From NCBI RefSeq assembly GCF_003334385.1, contig NZ_QOWN01000008.1: a DNA stretch of 64,000 nucleotides; one strand, written 5' to 3'. The position numbers and the translations under genes were made by a program. The notes under the pieces were generated by a model. It was not told the origin of the DNA. It was given only the letters and a program-made list of their open reading frames with translations, and searched no databases. Source of the DNA: Escherichia coli (lineage in GTDB: Bacteria; Pseudomonadota; Gammaproteobacteria; Enterobacterales; Enterobacteriaceae). Positions 1 to 11,316 of this stretch are shown here, in pieces (within the stretch, counting starts at the first letter, position 1; every line of letters begins with the position of its first letter).

Positions 1-216
1 GGACTGGCGCTGGCTTGTCTTGGTCTTGCCATGGTGCTCTGGCTGCTGGTCTTGCAGAACGTACCGGTAGGCATTGCTTACCCGATGTTAAGTCTGAATT
101 TTGTCTGGGTGACGCTGGCTGCAGTAAAACTGTGGCACGAACCGGTATCGCCGCGTCACTGGTGTGGGGTGGCGTTCATTATTGGCGGCATTGTGATCCT
201 CGGGAGTACGGTGTAA
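1..216 (+). CDS. arnE: ArnE (4-amino-4-deoxy-L-arabinose-phosphoundecaprenol flippase subunit), C-terminal part; 5' end lies outside the window
   Basis: Frame-1 translation ends ...[60 protein letters not shown], recognised as the ArnE C-terminus; TAA stop at 214-216 overlaps the arnF ATG (TAATG). Confidence 0.85.
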
Positions 217-602
217 TGGGCCTGATGTGGGGATTATTCAGCGTCATTATTGCCTCAGTTGCGCAATTAAGCCTGGGTTTTGCGGCGAGTCATCTGCCGC
301 CGATGACGCACTTATGGGATTTTATCGCGGCTCTGTTAGCTTTTGGCCTGGATGCCCGGATACTGTTACTCGGGCTGCTGGGTTATCTGCTTTCCGTTTT
401 TTGTTGGTATAAAACGCTTCATAAACTTGCGCTAAGCAAAGCCTATGCCTTGCTCAGTATGAGTTATGTGCTGGTATGGATTGCTTCAATGGTACTTCCC
501 GGCTGGGAAGGGACTTTTTCGCTGAAAGCACTACTGGGAGTAGCCTGTATTATGAGCGGGTTGATGCTGATTTTCCTGCCCACGACAAAACAACGTTACT
601 GA
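216..602 (+). CDS. arnF: ArnF, flippase subunit (128 aa)
   Basis: [15 protein letters not shown]... matches ArnF; ATG at 216 overlaps the arnE stop; hydrophobic membrane protein. Confidence 0.88.
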   Translation: MGLMWGLFSVIIASVAQLSLGFAASHLPPMTHLWDFIAALLAFGLDARILLLGLLGYLLSVFCWYKTLHKLALSKAYALLSMSYVLVWIASMVLPGWEGTFSLKALLGVACIMSGLMLIFLPTTKQRY

Positions 603-862
603 GTTTTCCCTGCCACTTTACACTGCCGTTCCCACTCATCGGGGCTATAACTGCTTGCCGAGAGGACTTTCACCGTATGCAGCTTTTCACGATTAATACA
701 ATAAAGCGCATTCTGCAAAGGCGAGAGTAAATCCCCCACTTTCACGGCGAAGTCACTCTTCACTTCGGCGATCATTTTTATCGCGCCGCCAGCATCGCAG
801 AGCATAAGTACATGTCTGTTATCTTGTTTATTGCAGCACGATTTTTTGACCAGCCATTCCAT
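596..862 (-). CDS. pmrD: PmrD, signal-transduction connector protein (88 aa)
   Basis: [26 protein letters not shown]... recognised as PmrD; start taken at the internal Met of the 98-aa track ORF; convergent with arnF and overlapping it by 7 nt. Confidence 0.85.
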   Translation of the reverse strand: MEWLVKKSCCNKQDNRHVLMLCDAGGAIKMIAEVKSDFAVKVGDLLSPLQNALYCINREKLHTVKVLSASSYSPDEWERQCKVAGKTQ

Positions 863-971
863 TGCATTATCCTGTTTGCTAAGAGTTTTCACATCAATTT
901 ACAGATTAACAGATAAACTCTTTATCAACGGCAATGGAATGGCAGAAATGAGAAGTGAAACGGAGGGTTAA

Positions 972-2327
972 TTATTGCTGACGTTGCACCCACTCTTTTA
1001 GCGCCTGACGTGAAATTTTAATACCGCCGTTTTTCAGCTCCGGCGGCAGAGTTAGCCAGCGCACCGGTTGTTGAAAACGGGCCAGCTTATCTTTCACCCA
1101 TTCACTAAGATCAACGCTCTCGTGGTCATACTCCATCACCGCCACCGGTCGATGACCAAACTCCTTGTCGGCAACGGGGACGATAAACACCTGCAAAACC
1201 GCAGGATGTGCAGCAATTACGCGCTCGACTTCTTCCGGCTGAATACCCTCTCCGCCACTGAAGAATAGATTGTCTAAACGTCCGACAATGGTCAGCTTGC
1301 CATTATGCATCTCACCGCGATCGCGCGTAGCGTACCAGCCTTCGTCATTAACCAGTGAAACCAGTTGCCCGTTACGCCAGTAACCTTCTGCCATACTGGC
1401 AGCCCGCAGCCACACTTCATTATTAACGATTTTCACTTCCCGACCCGGCAGCGGCGAACCAACGTCTGCCAGGCCGTCGGCTTCTTTCGCACACACCGTG
1501 GAGGCAAACTCGGTCAGACCATAGCCGCAAAAGCAACGAATCCCCTGCTCGCGCGCCTGTTCCGTCAACTCGACCGGGATAGCCGCGCCGCCAAGTAACA
1601 CCGCTTTCAGGGAAACGGAACTACGGTTAACCAGCAAACGCCAGAGTTGTGTTGGCACCAGTGAAGCGTGAGTACAGCCTGCCAGCATTTGCTCCAATGG
1701 CTGTTTATCACGTACCGTCATCCGCGCACCAGCGTATAACCAGCGCCACATAATTCCCTGACCGGAGACGTGAAACAGCGGTAAAGAGAGCAACCAATCA
1801 TCGTGATCGCCAAACGGAATCAGCGATAACACACCTTGCGCACTGGCAAGATGGGCCTGATAAGTATGGACAGCGGCTTTCGGCAAACCGGTAGAACCCG
1901 AGGTCAACGTCATTGAGCACAGACGCGTCGGCTGCCACGTAGCGGCATGTGCGCCTTCAACCAGCTGAATGTGCAGCGACGTTAATGCCGGAAACGTGTT
2001 TTCCCCATCCGGCACCAGAGCAAATTGCAGCGTCAGATTGGGCAGCAATTCTTCAAGCAACGGTTGCGGCAGCTGAGGGTTCACGGGCAACACCCGCGCC
2101 CCGCATTGCAGTAACGCCAGCCAGGCGAGCAGCGTTTGCGGCGTATTCCACGCCCGCAACATCACGCCGCTGCCCTCAACCACCCCCTGCACCGCAAATC
2201 CGGAGGCTAATTCATCGACGCGAGCACAAAGCTCGCGCCAGTTGAGTTGCTCGTCATTAAGACGTAAGGCGATGGTTTCTCCCCGCACTTGCCGCCAGTG
2301 ACGCCACGGCCAGTCAGAGAAGATCAT
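972..2327 (-). CDS. menE: o-succinylbenzoate-CoA ligase (451 aa)
   Basis: Full-length ORF with adenylate-forming enzyme motifs ([10 protein letters not shown]); synteny with menC; 4-nt overlap with menC. Confidence 0.93.
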
Positions 2328-3286
2328 AACAACCGCTCCAGTGCATCAACTTCCACGACAGGCAGCGTGCTACCCGGCCAGCGACGTACCTGCTGCGCCT
2401 GCATCAGATCCAGCGTGTCCAGCCCTGGAATGGTGTCCGGCGTTAACCAGGCGGCAATCCGCGCCAGTTGCGTTAAGCCTAAGCTCGATTCAATGGAAGA
2501 ACTGATCACCGCCGTCAGCCCCAGCGCGTGCGCCGCCTGTACCTGCTCGCGTACTTTTTCCAGACTGCCCGTGAGCGTGGGTTTGATAACTACCGCGCGC
2601 ACGCCCTCTTCAGCCACAAAGGCAAAATCCGGCTCGCGCAGGCTTTCATCCCAGGCAATGGCAATGCCGGTTTCACGGGCAAACGCTCGCGAATCATCGC
2701 GGGTTTTGCACGGCTCTTCGAGAAACGCGATGCGGTCGCGATAATCCGGGTTAACGTATTTGGCAAACTGCTGACCTTTCAGCGGTGTCCAGGCGCGATT
2801 TGCGTCAAGACGCAAATGCAGATCCGGAATTGCCTCCAGCAACAGATTCACCACCATGCCGTCGCGCACCGCTTCGTACAATCCCACTTTGACCTTCGCC
2901 ACTTTCTCGCCTGGCATATCTGCAAGTTTGAGGATCAGATCGTCCGGATCGCCATTACACAGCGGTGCCGCACGGTAGTTGGCTGCTTGCGGCAACGTAT
3001 CTGTCAGTTCTGCCAATGCACAGCTTACGCCAAAGGCCACGGAAGGCATCTGCGGTAGCTCGCAATCGCCTGCCAGCCAGTTATTTACCCAGGCAAGCAG
3101 CACACTTTGCGCCTCTTCCCAGGTTTCCTGACTGAAGCCCGGCAGTGGGGAGATCTCCCCCCACCCTTCGCGCTCGCCTTCACGCAGGCAAACATACAGC
3201 CCGTCGCGGGTTTTTAACCGCCTGTCGCGCAGAACCACCCCCGCGTCCATGGGGATCTGCCAGCGGTATACCTGCGCGCTACGCAT
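2324..3286 (-). CDS. menC: o-succinylbenzoate synthase (320 aa)
   Basis: [52 protein letters not shown]... enolase-superfamily OSBS; overlaps menB by 1 nt (TAATG). Confidence 0.93.
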
Positions 3287-4143
3287 TACGGATTCCGTTT
3301 GAATTTGCTGAAGTCAGGCTGACGTTTCTGGTTGAAGGCGTTGCGACCTTCCTGACCTTCTTCCGTCATGTAGAACAGCATGGTGGCGTTGCCCGCCAGC
3401 TCCTGCAGCCCCGCCTGCCCGTCACAGTCGGCGTTCAGTGCAGCTTTCAGGCAGCGCAGCGCCATCGGGCTGTTTTGCAGCATTTCGCGGCACCAACGGA
3501 CGGTTTCTTTTTCCAGATCCGCCAGCGGTACCACGGTGTTCACAAGGCCCATATCCAGCGCCTGTTTTGCGTCGTACTGACGGCACAGGAACCAGATTTC
3601 ACGCGCTTTTTTCTGCCCGACGATGCGAGCCATGTAGGAAGCGCCCCAGCCGCCGTCGAAGGAACCGACTTTCGGGCCAGTCTGACCGAAGATGGCATTA
3701 TCTGCCGCGATAGTCAGGTCGCACATCATGTGCAGAACGTGACCGCCGCCGATGGAGTAGCCAGCCACCATCGCGACAACCGGTTTCGGACAGGTACGGA
3801 TCTGACGCTGGAAGTCCAGCACATTCAGGTGATGTACGCCGGAATCATCTTTATAGCCGCCGTAATCACCACGCACTTTCTGGTCACCACCGGAGCAGAA
3901 CGCTTTATCGCCTGCACCAGTCAGAATGATCACGCCGATGTTGTCGTCATAACGCGCATCTGCCAGCGCCTGGATCATCTCTTTTACCGTCAGAGGACGG
4001 AAGGCATTGCGCACCTGCGGACGATTAATGGTGATTTTTGCGATACCGTCGGTGGATTTTTCATAACGAATGTCCTCGAAACCTTCGGAGCAGTCGTGCC
4101 ATTCAACCGGTGCGTAAAGCATTGCTTCATCAGGATAAATCAT
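3286..4143 (-). CDS. menB: 1,4-dihydroxy-2-naphthoyl-CoA synthase (285 aa)
   Basis: Crotonase-fold protein [50 protein letters not shown]...; position in men cluster. Confidence 0.95.
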
Positions 4144-4157
4144 ATTGTGTCCTTTAG

Positions 4158-4916
4158 TCAGAAACGCAAGATCTGCGCCAGACTTGCGATTACGCCAGCG
4201 GGATTTTCCCGATGCGCGTTATGTCCGGCGCGAGGAATGACATGGCAGTCGGCAGCCAGTTCCGCCGCCAGGGCGCGGAATTTGCTGTCACGTTCACCAC
4301 ATAAATAATAAAACGCAAATGTGCGGGCGCTAAGGTTAGCACGTAAATCAGGCTGGACGGCGAGAGAAGTCGCCTCCAGCATGGCGGCAAGCGTTGCGCC
4401 ATTATTGTTGCTGCGCAGCGCCACCAGCTCCCGGCGTTGATCGTCATTGAGTGAGGCAAAAACAGGCTGTTGATACCAGTCGGCAAATACCGCCGTTAAC
4501 GGTTCTGTGAGAAAACGCTGCACCCATTGGCGATCGGAACGCTGACGTTCCGCACGTTGTTCAGCATTTTGCAGCCCCGGATGCCCGCCTTCGACAATAA
4601 CCCCACAAAGCCCCGCCAGCCCCTGGCAAGCCGCCATCATCGCCACCCGTCCACCAAGCGAGTACCCCACCAGCCAGAAGTCAAGGATGTTGTAACTAAC
4701 CAAGGTTTTACGCAGTAAGTCGGTGACATCATCAAATCCATCGACGCTAATCGCCGCCGAACCACCGTGACCTGGGAGATCAACATACAACCGTGAGTAG
4801 TCGGCAAACGCCTCGCCCACTTCTTGCCATTCGTGGCAATCGCCGGAAAAACCGTGCAAAAACACCAGCCAGGGTAAACCTGGTTTTCCGTGTTTTGCCT
4901 GCGCGTGCAGGATCAT
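4158..4916 (-). CDS. menH: SHCHC synthase, alpha/beta hydrolase (252 aa)
   Basis: [26 protein letters not shown]... with GYSLGG nucleophile elbow; 4-nt overlap with menD. Confidence 0.9.
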
Positions 4917-6583
4917 AAATGGCTTACCTGCGCCAGAAGTTGCTGGAGCGTTTGCGCACCATCGGTGTCGTTAACCACCATTTCAATCACCGTGGTGGTT
5001 GGCGTGCGCCAGGCGTCGGCAAATGCCGTTTCAAGTTCCTGCCAGTTTTGCGGACGATGATATTTCAGCTCGAACATCGCGGCGGCGTGCTCAAAATGGA
5101 CGTTTTGCGGCATCAGATAGAAACGCTCACGCTCGCTTTGCGGCGTTGGCAACAGCGAGAAAATTTGCCCGCCGTTGTTGTTCACCACAATTAATACCAG
5201 CGGCGCAGAAACCTGACGCAATAACGCCAGCGCGTTGAGATCGTAAAGTGCGGAGAGATCGCCCACAATCGCCAGCGTCGGTTTGCCGCTTGCCCGCTGA
5301 ACGCCGGCGGCGGTCGAAAGCAGCCCGTCGATACCGCTGGCCCCACGGTTGCTGTACACCGGGTAACCTGCCGGAAGTTGCGAAAGCGCATCAATCAGAC
5401 GTACCACCAGGCTGTTACCAACAAACAATTGCCCCTGTTCAGGCAGATAGTCGCAGATGCGATGCGCCAGTTGCGCTTCGCCAAACGCATCACGGCGGGC
5501 AATAACCGCCTGCATTGCCTGTTCCGCCAGGCGCGGGATTTCAACGCACCAGGGCTGGCGTTTTTCTGCCGGATGCAGCTCCAGCCAGTCGGCAATATTG
5601 GCAATTAAGCGACGTCCGCGATGGTGTGCCGGATCAAGTCGCCCTTCAATGTCATCAACAATCCAGTACTCTTCTGGTTCACAGCTTGCCTGCCATTGCA
5701 GGAGCCGTTTCCCCGTCAGGCTGCTTCCCAGTTGCACCACAATTTGCGCCTGCTGCAGCTCGCTGGTCGCTTTGGCATTGCCTAACCAAAGATCGGCACA
5801 CGGCAGCGGCTGCCCGGTTTGTGACAGCACATCGCCAATCAGCGGCCAGCCAAGAGTTTGCGCCCACAGGGCAACTTTTTTGCCCTCTTCCGCACTCATG
5901 CGCCCGGCAACCACCACGCCGCGCTTTTGTCGCCAGAAGAACCAGTCGCGCTGTTTTTCACTTTCCAGACGAGGCGCTTCACGCAGCCACGGTTTGTCGT
6001 CCTGCCACCAGTCACCCAGACGCTGTTGCCAGCTAAGCCCGGTATCGTCCATTTCGCCATACAGCGGTTCAGCAAACGGGCAGTTGATATGGACTCCCCC
6101 CGCATGAAGCGTACCGAGAGCGTGGTCGATGGTAGAAACCAGCCAACGTGCGGGGATATCCTGGGTCGGGCGCGGCAATGAAATACTGTGCGTGGGGTGA
6201 GAGGCGAACATTCCCGGCTGGCGAATTGCCTGATTCGCGCCGCAGTCAATTAGCTCCGGCGGGCGATCGGCGGTTAAGAGAATCAGTTTTTCTCCGGTTA
6301 ACCCGGCTTCAATCAGTGCCGGATAGAGATTTGCCACCGCCGTGCCGGAGGTCACAATCACCGCCACCGGCTGCTTGCTGACTTTCGCCAGCCCCAGCGC
6401 CAGATGCCCCAACCCACGCTCATCGAAATGGGTGTGGTGAATGAATGCGGAATTCTCCGCCGCCGCTAACGTTAACGGTGTAGAACGCGAGCCTGGGGCG
6501 ATACAGATGTGTCTGACGCCGTGACGCGTTAATGCTTCCAGAATGACCGCCGCCCAGCGTCGGTTAAATGCGCTTACTGACAT
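4913..6583 (-). CDS. menD: SEPHCHC synthase, ThDP-dependent (556 aa)
   Basis: Track ORF is 673 aa but the conserved protein begins [37 protein letters not shown]...; start placed at the ATG at 6581-6583. Confidence 0.9.
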   Translation of the reverse strand: MSVSAFNRRWAAVILEALTRHGVRHICIAPGSRSTPLTLAAAENSAFIHHTHFDERGLGHLALGLAKVSKQPVAVIVTSGTAVANLYPALIEAGLTGEKLILLTADRPPELIDCGANQAIRQPGMFASHPTHSISLPRPTQDIPARWLVSTIDHALGTLHAGGVHINCPFAEPLYGEMDDTGLSWQQRLGDWWQDDKPWLREAPRLESEKQRDWFFWRQKRGVVVAGRMSAEEGKKVALWAQTLGWPLIGDVLSQTGQPLPCADLWLGNAKATSELQQAQIVVQLGSSLTGKRLLQWQASCEPEEYWIVDDIEGRLDPAHHRGRRLIANIADWLELHPAEKRQPWCVEIPRLAEQAMQAVIARRDAFGEAQLAHRICDYLPEQGQLFVGNSLVVRLIDALSQLPAGYPVYSNRGASGIDGLLSTAAGVQRASGKPTLAIVGDLSALYDLNALALLRQVSAPLVLIVVNNNGGQIFSLLPTPQSERERFYLMPQNVHFEHAAAMFELKYHRPQNWQELETAFADAWRTPTTTVIEMVVNDTDGAQTLQQLLAQVSHL

Positions 6584-6671
6584 GAGTTTGTCCGGTATCA
6601 ATATTGCGGCTAAGTATAAGGAGCTACAAAAATAGATTATTGATATGAATCGGTAATGATGCGACTCATTA

Positions 6672-7967
6672 CTATTCCATTTGTAATAAAGTACGCAGCC
6701 CTGCCGCTTTGTTGTCGATTTCCTGCCACTCTTGCTCGGGGTCGGAACCACGGACAATGCCCGCGCCAGCATATAATCGCACGACATTGCCGCTAATTTT
6801 TGCTGAGCGCAGGGAAACGCAGAATTCGCTTTGTTGTAATGAGAGATAGCCCGCAGAACCGGCGTACCATTCTCGGGTGAACGGTTCGTGACGGGCGATA
6901 AACTGTCGCGCCAGATCGCGCGGTAAGCCAGCAACTGCTGCCGTTGGCTGCAACTGATGTAAACAGATCACATCATCCGCTTTGTTGAGTGAAGTCCAGA
7001 TACAGCGGCGAAGATGCTGCACTTTACGCAGACGCAGTACCTGCGGCGGTAAAACATCCAGCGTCTGGGTATCGGCCTGTAATCGTTGACAGATATCTTC
7101 CACCACCAGCATGTTCTCGCGCTGGTTTTTATCATCCGCCATCAGCCACTCTCCTAACTGCTGCGCCTGCTTATCATCAGGATTATTTGCTACTGTTCCC
7201 GCCAGCGCTTCAGTACGCAGCGCTTTGTCACGCCGCCGCCATAACCGTTCCGGTGAAGAGCCAAGAAAAGCATTTTCGCCATCAAAGGCCATGTAAAAAT
7301 GGTAGCAATTCAGATTCAGTCGACGACTGGCAGCCATCATCGCCGCCGCGTTGACCGGACTTGCGAAATGCAGGTCAGTTGCCCGAGCGAGCACCACTTT
7401 GTCGAGCTCACCTTCGGCGATGGTTTTCGTTGCCAGTTCGATTAATTGCGTCCAGCCCGTTTTGTCCGGCCAGTGTTGTTCTCGCGTGGTGGTTAAATGT
7501 AACCCAGGCAAGGGCTTGATACTCACCAGTGTGGCGATAAATTCTTTTGCCTGAATCGCATCGTGCTGAAGGGAGCTTTCGCTGAATAGCGTCAGCCGCA
7601 GCGTGGCTTTACCGCCACAGCGTCGCCATTCCAGGCGGGGTAAAAGTAAATTGCCCTGCGACGGGTCAAAAGCATTCAGCCCCCAAATGCGTAAGTCGGC
7701 GTGTTCCGGGTGCTGGCGAAGAAAACGTTGTGCCTGGTCCAACGACGTAAAACGGGTAATCGCGCCCAGGACGACAGCTTCTTCATCACCATTACGTTGT
7801 TGCCAGTAGAATTGCGGGTATGTTTGCTGACTGGCCAGCCAGCTCAAGGCATCAAAAGCGTCTTTGAGAGGGAAAGGAATATCGATAACCCGAATGCCGG
7901 GTGTCGCCGGAATCTCTTGCGACAAATGGCGCAGTAGATTTTCCAGCGCCGTAGTAAGTGATTGCAC
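6672..7967 (-). CDS. menF: isochorismate synthase (431 aa)
   Basis: Chorismate-binding enzyme family sequence; heads the men cluster. Confidence 0.9.
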   Translation of the reverse strand: MQSLTTALENLLRHLSQEIPATPGIRVIDIPFPLKDAFDALSWLASQQTYPQFYWQQRNGDEEAVVLGAITRFTSLDQAQRFLRQHPEHADLRIWGLNAFDPSQGNLLLPRLEWRRCGGKATLRLTLFSESSLQHDAIQAKEFIATLVSIKPLPGLHLTTTREQHWPDKTGWTQLIELATKTIAEGELDKVVLARATDLHFASPVNAAAMMAASRRLNLNCYHFYMAFDGENAFLGSSPERLWRRRDKALRTEALAGTVANNPDDKQAQQLGEWLMADDKNQRENMLVVEDICQRLQADTQTLDVLPPQVLRLRKVQHLRRCIWTSLNKADDVICLHQLQPTAAVAGLPRDLARQFIARHEPFTREWYAGSAGYLSLQQSEFCVSLRSAKISGNVVRLYAGAGIVRGSDPEQEWQEIDNKAAGLRTLLQME

Positions 7968-8045
7968 GCGGACCTCTCCCTGTTAAAAGCCTCACATTAT
8001 ACGGGGTACTACAAAAAAAATGCAGTACCCCGGTGTAGGGAGGTT

Positions 8046-8351
8046 TTAACGGCGTGCCAGCAACAGTCCTAGTACCAGCCCAACGGCCGCGCCCACACCA
8101 ATTCCTTGCCAGGGTTTTTCGTGGACGTAGTCATCAGCACGATAAACTGCCTGCTTCGCCCGATAGTAATAACTGTCTGAAGCCTGGCTAACCCGTTTTT
8201 TCACATCATCCAGCGCTTTTTCTGCACGCGCTTTCAGCTCAACATATTTCTGATCGGCGGGATCGCCAGAGGAGCGGAGCACCTCTTCCAGTGTTTCACT
8301 AAGCAGCGTCAGGTCGTCATCGATACGTGTATCACCAAACTGATTAGACAT
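8046..8351 (-). CDS. elaB: ElaB, tail-anchored inner-membrane ribosome-associated protein (101 aa)
   Basis: MSNQFGDTRIDDDLTLLSETLEEVLRSSGD... with C-terminal hydrophobic anchor GIGVGAAVGLVLGLLLARR. Confidence 0.88.
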   Translation of the reverse strand: MSNQFGDTRIDDDLTLLSETLEEVLRSSGDPADQKYVELKARAEKALDDVKKRVSQASDSYYYRAKQAVYRADDYVHEKPWQGIGVGAAVGLVLGLLLARR

Positions 8352-8405
8352 TCTCGTTCTCCATTTGCGTAAAACCTGTCACTAACTATAGACAAGGGTT
8401 GTTGA

Positions 8406-8867
8406 TTACGCCTGAATTACCTCGCGTGCCATCCCAATGTGTGGGATACCATCTTCTTCATAGACCTCCGTCACAGGGATAAAACCGAAACTCTGGTAGA
8501 AGTTTTGCAGATGCGCCTGCGCCCCGAGGTAAACAGGCTTATCAGGCCAGTGATGCGTACATGTTTCGAGTGTTTTACTCATCAGCTGCTGCCCCACTTT
8601 TTCGCCACGCAACGCTTCACTGACAATCACCCGACCTATAACGACCGGCTCAAGATCATCATCACTTTTCAGAATCCTCGCATACGCCACCAGTTCATCA
8701 TTTTTCCAACCGAGAATATGGCGATTATCCCCCGTCAAATCATCACCATCGATATCCTGATAAGGGCAATTCTGCTCGACAACAAACACCGCGCAACGCA
8801 GTTGTAATAAGGCATAAAGCTGGGAAACCGATAATTCAGAGTGATGCAGATCTTGCCATTCAATCAT
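8406..8867 (-). CDS. elaA: ElaA, GNAT-family N-acetyltransferase (153 aa)
   Basis: MIEWQDLHHSELSVSQLYALLQLRCAVFVVEQNCPYQDIDGDD... recognised as ElaA. Confidence 0.88.
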   Translation of the reverse strand: MIEWQDLHHSELSVSQLYALLQLRCAVFVVEQNCPYQDIDGDDLTGDNRHILGWKNDELVAYARILKSDDDLEPVVIGRVIVSEALRGEKVGQQLMSKTLETCTHHWPDKPVYLGAQAHLQNFYQSFGFIPVTEVYEEDGIPHIGMAREVIQA

Positions 8868-8931
8868 AATGCTCTCCTTTTAGATGTATGCCTTATACTA
8901 GCCGGAATATTTTTTGAAACGTGATGAACTC

Positions 8932-9849
8932 ATGGAATTAATTTTTTTAGGTACTTCAGCCGGTGTGCCAACCCGCACGCGCAATGTCACGGCAATATTG
9001 CTTAACCTGCAACATCCGACCCAGAGCGGACTTTGGTTGTTTGACTGCGGTGAAGGCACCCAGCATCAGCTACTGCATACCGCCTTTAACCCTGGAAAAC
9101 TGGACAAGATTTTTATCAGTCACCTTCATGGCGATCATCTTTTTGGTTTACCCGGCTTGCTGTGCAGTCGTTCTATGTCAGGCATTATCCAACCCTTAAC
9201 GATTTATGGTCCGCAAGGTATCCGTGAATTTGTGGAAACCGCGCTGCGGATTAGCGGCTCATGGACCGATTATCCGCTGGAAATTGTCGAAATTGGCGCT
9301 GGCGAAATTCTCGATGATGGCCTGCGCAAAGTAACCGCTTATCCGCTGGAACACCCACTGGAATGTTATGGCTATCGTATTGAAGAACATGATAAACCGG
9401 GTGCATTAAATGCCCAGGCATTAAAAGCTGCTGGCGTGCCGCCTGGCCCACTGTTTCAGGAATTAAAAGCGGGCAAAACAATCACGCTGGAAGATGGAAG
9501 GCAGATTAACGGCGCAGATTACTTAGCTGCTCCAGTGCCAGGTAAAGCGCTCGCTATTTTCGGCGATACCGGCCCCTGCGATGCCGCACTTGACCTGGCT
9601 AAAGGTGTCGATGTCATGGTGCACGAAGCGACGCTGGATATAACCATGGAAGCCAAAGCCAATAGTCGCGGCCATAGCTCTACACGCCAGGCTGCGACAC
9701 TAGCCCGTGAGGCTGGAGTCGGCAAGCTAATCATTACCCACGTCAGCTCGCGCTATGATGACAAAGGTTGTCAGCACCTGTTACGTGAATGCAGGTCAAT
9801 TTTCCCGGCGACTGAACTGGCGAATGATTTCACCGTGTTTAACGTTTAA
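8932..9849 (+). CDS. rbn: RNase BN / RNase Z, metallo-beta-lactamase fold (305 aa)
   Basis: [26 protein letters not shown]... with HxHxDH motif (HLHGDHLFG); start taken at the internal Met of the 311-aa ORF. Confidence 0.9.
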
Positions 9850-10036
9850 CTCTGCTTATTATTAAAAACAGGGCGAAACTTGCCCTGTTATCGCAACCCG
9901 CGCTACATATATCCACCCACACAGGCATATTGAGCGATTTTTGATATTTATTCATCTCCTTACGCACTATATTCAGAGCAATAAGTTGCCTCTTTTCATC
10001 TTGATTCAGCACAACCTTTGCAACTAAAAGGAGCCC

Positions 10037-11246
10037 ATGATGGTTACAGTTGTCAGCAATTATTGTCAATTATCTCAAACGCAACTCAGTCAGACATTTG
10101 CAGAAAAATTTACTGTGACCGAGGAATTACTGCAGTCTTTAAAAAAAACAGCGTTATCCGGAGATGAAGAAAGCATTGAGTTACTGCATAATATTGCGTT
10201 AGGTTATGATAAATTTGGGAAAGAAGCTGAAGATATTCTTTACCATATTGTTAGAACCCCAACAAATGAGACCCTATCGATTATCCGACTTATCAAAAAT
10301 GCTTGTTTAAAATTATATAATCTGGCACATATCGCAACCAACTCCCCCCTCAAATCACATGATTCAGATGATCTCCTGTTCAAAAAACTATTCTCCCCTT
10401 CGAAATTAATGACAATTATCGGTGATGAAATTCCTCTTATATCTGAAAAACAGTCGCTTTCAAAGGTGCTTTTAAATGATGAGAATAATGAACTGAGTGA
10501 TGGTACAAACTTCTGGGATAAAAATCGTCAATTAACCACAGATGAAATAGCTTGCTATCTTCAGAAGATCGCCGCTAATGCAAAAAATACTCAAGTCAAT
10601 TATCCTACTGGTCTCTACGTCCCCTACTCCACCAGAACTCACCTGGAAGACGCTCTCAATGAAAATATTAAGAGCGATCCATCATGGCCGAATGAAGTCC
10701 AGTTATTCCCCATAAATACTGGCGGACACTGGATATTAGTTTCGCTACAGAAAATAGTAAATAAAAAAATAATAAACTACAAATAAAATGCGTCATATTC
10801 AACTCATTGCGTGCACTAGGCTATGATAAAGAAAATTCACTTAAGCGTGTCATTAATAGTTTTAATTCTGAACTCATGGGAGAAATGTCGAATAATAATA
10901 TAAAAGTTCATTTAAATGAACCAGAGATAATATTTTTACATGCCGATCTTCAGCAATACTTAAGCCAAAGTTGCGGTGCATTTGTGTGCATGGCAGCCCA
11001 GGAAGTGATTGAACAAAGGGAAAGCAATTCTGACAGCGCCCCCTATACGTTATTAAAAACTATGCTGACAGATTTAAAAAATATTCAGCAGAAGAGCAGT
11101 ACGAAATTGATTTTCAACATCGACTGGCAAACAGAAATTGTTATTTAGATAAATATGGCGATGCAAATATCAATCATTATTATAGAAACTTAGAAATAAA
11201 ACACTCACAACCCAAAAATAGAGCATCCGGCAAAAGAGTGAGTTAA
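10037..11246 (+). pseudogene. elaD: elaD (CE-clan deubiquitinase-like cysteine protease) interrupted by two frameshifts
   Basis: Three colinear ORF fragments in frames 2, 1 and 3 (10037-10786, 10807-11148, 11142-11246) together span 1210 nt, about 403 codons minus 2 nt; frame changes sit at the A7 run 10763-10769 and the A5 run 11055-11059; a good RBS (AAAAGGAG) precedes the ATG at 10037. Confidence 0.75.
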
Positions 11247-11263
11247 CATCATTGTTAATTAAT

Positions 11264-11295
11264 TCGACCAGTCAGCAAATATGCTGACTGGTCGA
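11264..11295. terminator. Perfect inverted repeat between the convergent genes elaD and yfbK; possible bidirectional terminator
   Basis: tcgaccagtcagca-aatat-gctgactggtcga, 13-bp arms; flanks are A/T-rich but there is no clean U-tract. Confidence 0.4.
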
Positions 11296-11316
11296 ACATA
11301 GTTTGCTAAACAGTCA

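Noticed and set aside
3145-4308. 387-aa ORF antisense to menB/menH; also 5457-6107 and 5515-6036 opposite menD
   Set aside because: Overlapped by well-supported men genes on the other strand; Arg/Ala/Ser-rich low-complexity translations.
4913-6934. N-terminally extended track ORFs (menD 673 aa; also accD 332 aa, nuoG 910 aa, yfcC 513 aa, rbn 311 aa)
   Set aside because: Extensions run through upstream intergenic or regulatory sequence; the shorter starts match the conserved protein N-termini, so extensions were treated as ORF-caller artefacts rather than novel N-terminal domains.
8003-8032. Inverted repeat ggggtact-N13-agtacccc between menF and elaB
   Set aside because: The A/T run lies in the loop rather than after the stem, so it is not a canonical intrinsic terminator; a minus-strand TATAAT nearby (7996-8001) may be the menF -10 but lacks a convincing -35.
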